DNA from: an uncultured Ferrovum sp.
GTDB taxonomy: Bacteria > Pseudomonadota > Gammaproteobacteria > Burkholderiales > Ferrovaceae
Assembly: GCA_903905585.1 (NCBI GenBank)
Contig: CAIVHB010000051.1
Location: forward strand, 8,856 to 72,855
Direction of reading: 5' to 3'
DNA length: 64,000 nucleotides
In this document: positions 62,064-64,000 of the stretch, piece after piece
Numbering within the stretch: position 1 is the stretch's first letter
Layout of the letters: each line of letters starts with the position of its first letter
Made by a program: the position numbers and the translations under genes
The notes under the pieces: model-generated
The model's database searches: none
What the model was told of the DNA's origin: nothing
What the model saw: only the letters and a program-made list of their open reading frames with translations

Positions 62064-63437
62064 TCAGTGGCAGAGGGTGAGTAGCAACCCAGCCGAGGCA
62101 CAAGCAAAGATCACATGCATCACTTTGCTGTTTAGCTTGAATAGAGCAATAGCAGCAAGGGCGGCAATACTGGCAGAGATCCCGTCAAACCGCCCATTCA
62201 GCCCTTGAGGCCATAGCACATGGTACCCAAAAAATAAGGCTAAATTTAGAATCACGCCCACGACAGCAGCGGTAATGGCGGTGAGCGGTGCGGTCAATTG
62301 AATATCATTGTGGGTGGCTTCAATCACGGGGCCACCCATAAAAATAAAGACAAAAGAAGGTAAAAAGGTAAACCACGTCACAACCAGTGCTGCAATCACC
62401 CCAGAAAGAAAGACTGAATCCGTACCCATGATGTGCTGGCTCACCCCGCTTAAAAAACCCACAAAAGTGACCACCATGATCAGTGGGCCCGGTGTGGTCT
62501 CCCCCAGTGCTAATCCATCCATCATTTGCGCAGCTGTGAGCCAGGAAAAGTCAGTGACAGCCCCTTGATAGACGTAAGGCAGCACTGCATAGGCGCCGCC
62601 GAAGGTAAGGAGTGCAGCTTTAGTAAAAAACCAGGCCATAAGGGTAAGGGGGCTGCGCCATCCAAATAAGAGCGCAATCAAGAAGAGGGATGCTAACCAA
62701 ATCACAATGCCTAAAAATCCAGTCATCACAACGTGCTGAATGTTGAGCCTTGCATGCTCTGGGGTTGGGGTATCGTCATCGATGACTGCCGGTTCAAATG
62801 CTTGGGCTTGTTTTTTATTTCTGGAAGAAGGCGCATGCCCGCCGCCCAAGGCGAAGATCCTTGGTGCAAAACGTCCGCCCATCCCTCCAATGAATGCAGC
62901 ACTCAAGACGATCAGTGGAAAAGGGGCGTCAAGAATTGTGATGGCGATGAAGGCGCAGGCTGCGATCATCCATAGCCAAGAATTTTTTAAAGCTCTAGAT
63001 CCAATTCTAAAGGCGGCATGCAGCACAATGGCGGCGACGGCAGGCTTAATGCCATAGAACAAACTCATGATCCAAGTTAAATGTCCAAAAGCCACATACA
63101 CCCATGACAGGGCAATGAGAATCAGCAGTGAAGGCAAAACAAAAAGCCCCCCAGCGATCAATCCTCCTGAGGTTCGGTGCATCAGCCAGCCCAAGTAAGT
63201 GGCCAGTTGTTGGGCCTCTGGGCCGGGAAGAAGCATGCAGTAATTCAGCGCATGTAAAAAGCGACGCTCAGAAATCCAGCGGCGATGCTCTACCAACTCT
63301 TGGTGCATGATGGCAATTTGCCCGGCGGGTCCCCCAAAACTAATGAAACCTAGCTTCAACCAAAACCAGAACGCTTCTCGCTGACTAATCTTGGGAGGTA
63401 GGGTTTTCACGGGCATGCATTGCAGAGTGATGTTCAA
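62064..63437 (-). CDS. chrA: Chromate ion transporter ChrA (two CHR domains)
   Basis: FLKLGFISFGGPAGQIAIMH in the N-terminal half and a repeated motif (TFGGAYAVLPYV) in the C-terminal half; ~12 TM helices. The start could be ATG 63416 instead. Confidence 0.88.
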   Translation of the reverse strand: MNITLQCMPVKTLPPKISQREAFWFWLKLGFISFGGPAGQIAIMHQELVEHRRWISERRFLHALNYCMLLPGPEAQQLATYLGWLMHRTSGGLIAGGLFVLPSLLILIALSWVYVAFGHLTWIMSLFYGIKPAVAAIVLHAAFRIGSRALKNSWLWMIAACAFIAITILDAPFPLIVLSAAFIGGMGGRFAPRIFALGGGHAPSSRNKKQAQAFEPAVIDDDTPTPEHARLNIQHVVMTGFLGIVIWLASLFLIALLFGWRSPLTLMAWFFTKAALLTFGGAYAVLPYVYQGAVTDFSWLTAAQMMDGLALGETTPGPLIMVVTFVGFLSGVSQHIMGTDSVFLSGVIAALVVTWFTFLPSFVFIFMGGPVIEATHNDIQLTAPLTAITAAVVGVILNLALFFGYHVLWPQGLNGRFDGISASIAALAAIALFKLNSKVMHVIFACASAGLLLTLCH

Positions 63438-64000
63438 GTTCTAAGGCAGCTTTTGTCACCAGGTTCTCAGGCAGTTCTGACTGAATTGAAACGCCTAGTC
63501 GCTCAAACTCTTTAGCTTGATTGATCAGATTCCCCTTTCCGGAGACCAATTGATTCATGGCAAGATTAAAAGATTCTTGAGCCTTATCGAGTTGTTTTCC
63601 AACACCCTCCATACTGTTCAAAAAGGTCACTAATTTTTTGTAGACCTTACCTGCACGATCCGCAAGCTCGGCGGTATGCACATTTTGTTCTTCAAAGCGC
63701 CAAAGTTGACGAACGATATTCAAGCTGGTGAGTAGGGTAGTCGGGGTAGCGACTAAAACATTTTGTTCTACCGCACGTTGAAAAAGCGCTTCATCTGCAC
63801 GTAATGCTTCGGAAAATGCAGATTCTACGGGTATAAACATGAATACCATTTCTGGGGTATTGAGACCCGGAAGCGCATAATAATTTCGATCAGAAAGCTC
63901 TTTAATACGGCTAGCCACGGCCTCAACGTGCTCTTTTAGGGCTTGCTGACGTAGGACATCCTCTTCCGCATTAACGTAACGGGTATAGGCGTTGAGCGAG
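63385..64000 (-). CDS. rmuC: DNA recombination protein RmuC, C-terminal part (5' end beyond the window)
   Basis: The frame stays open to the window edge (…SLNAYTRYVNAEEDVLRQQALKEHVEAVASRIKELSDRNYY...MFIPVESAF). The RmuC C-terminal nuclease-like region is conserved. Confidence 0.85.
   Translation of the reverse strand, partial: SLNAYTRYVNAEEDVLRQQALKEHVEAVASRIKELSDRNYYALPGLNTPEMVFMFIPVESAFSEALRADEALFQRAVEQNVLVATPTTLLTSLNIVRQLWRFEEQNVHTAELADRAGKVYKKLVTFLNSMEGVGKQLDKAQESFNLAMNQLVSGKGNLINQAKEFERLGVSIQSELPENLVTKAALELEHHSAMHARENPTSQD

Noticed and set aside
63385-63437. The 53-nt same-strand overlap between the rmuC 3' end and the chrA 5' end, considered as a possible frameshift or fusion
   Set aside because: It is more simply explained by a downstream chrA start (ATG 63416 or later). 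Both proteins are complete and conserved in their own frames.
1-64000. Search for mobile elements, CRISPR arrays, toxin-antitoxin or defence systems, and rRNA or tRNA genes
   Set aside because: I saw no transposase, integrase or phage-like ORFs, no regularly spaced direct repeats, and no small adjacent ORF pairs outside the flagellar operons. No intergenic region is long or structured enough for a tRNA or rRNA.

Overview
About 46 kb of this window (1-46474) is an apparently complete, intact flagellar and chemotaxis regulon. The remaining ~18 kb holds unrelated genes. Order of the flagellar part: motA (5' end cut by the window edge), motB, cheV-cheV-cheY-cheZ-cheA, flhB-flhA-flhF-flhG-fliA, flgN-flgM (minus), flgA (minus), flgBCDEFGHIJ, flgKL, fliRQPONMLKJIHGF (minus), fliE, a minus-strand fliS-fliT operon that continues into three extra genes (FliK-like, FlhB-C-terminal-like, PilZ), then fliC-flaG-fliD. 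The non-flagellar part holds a NarL-type two-component pair, a small secreted protein, an RluF-like pseudouridine synthase, a membrane methyltransferase, a TPR/2OG-oxygenase fusion, one MCP, a cyanophycin locus (ABC exporter plus DUF1854, divergent from a truncated cphA paralog plus full cphA), chrA, and the 3' part of rmuC. Genes are tightly packed, with many 1-8 nt overlaps and convergent stops only 7-8 bp apart. By eye the GC content is moderately low. The flg/fli block layout looks betaproteobacterial (Burkholderiales-like), whereas the content (FlhF/FlhG, 262-aa CheZ, CheV) is that of polar flagellates. Taxon assignment is inference only. I saw no rRNA, tRNA, CRISPR array, transposase or integrase. 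No flagellar master regulator (flhDC, fleQ/flrA) and no cheW, cheR or cheB lie in the window. Five sigma-28-type promoters can be read directly, upstream of flgM, flgK, fliS and fliC (two in tandem). Most interesting observations: (1) a soluble FliK-T3S4-like plus FlhB-CC-like pair, translationally coupled to a stand-alone PilZ c-di-GMP receptor, in the late fliS-fliT operon; (2) an FlhG/FleN homolog that keeps the FlhF-activating DQAxxLR motif but has lost all three ATPase motifs; (3) a CphA2-like truncated cyanophycin synthetase next to a full CphA and an uncharacterised ABC/DUF1854 pair; (4) enlarged extracellular axial proteins that share a repeated GD-[ST]-F module. All calls come from reading the translations and the DNA; no database search was run.
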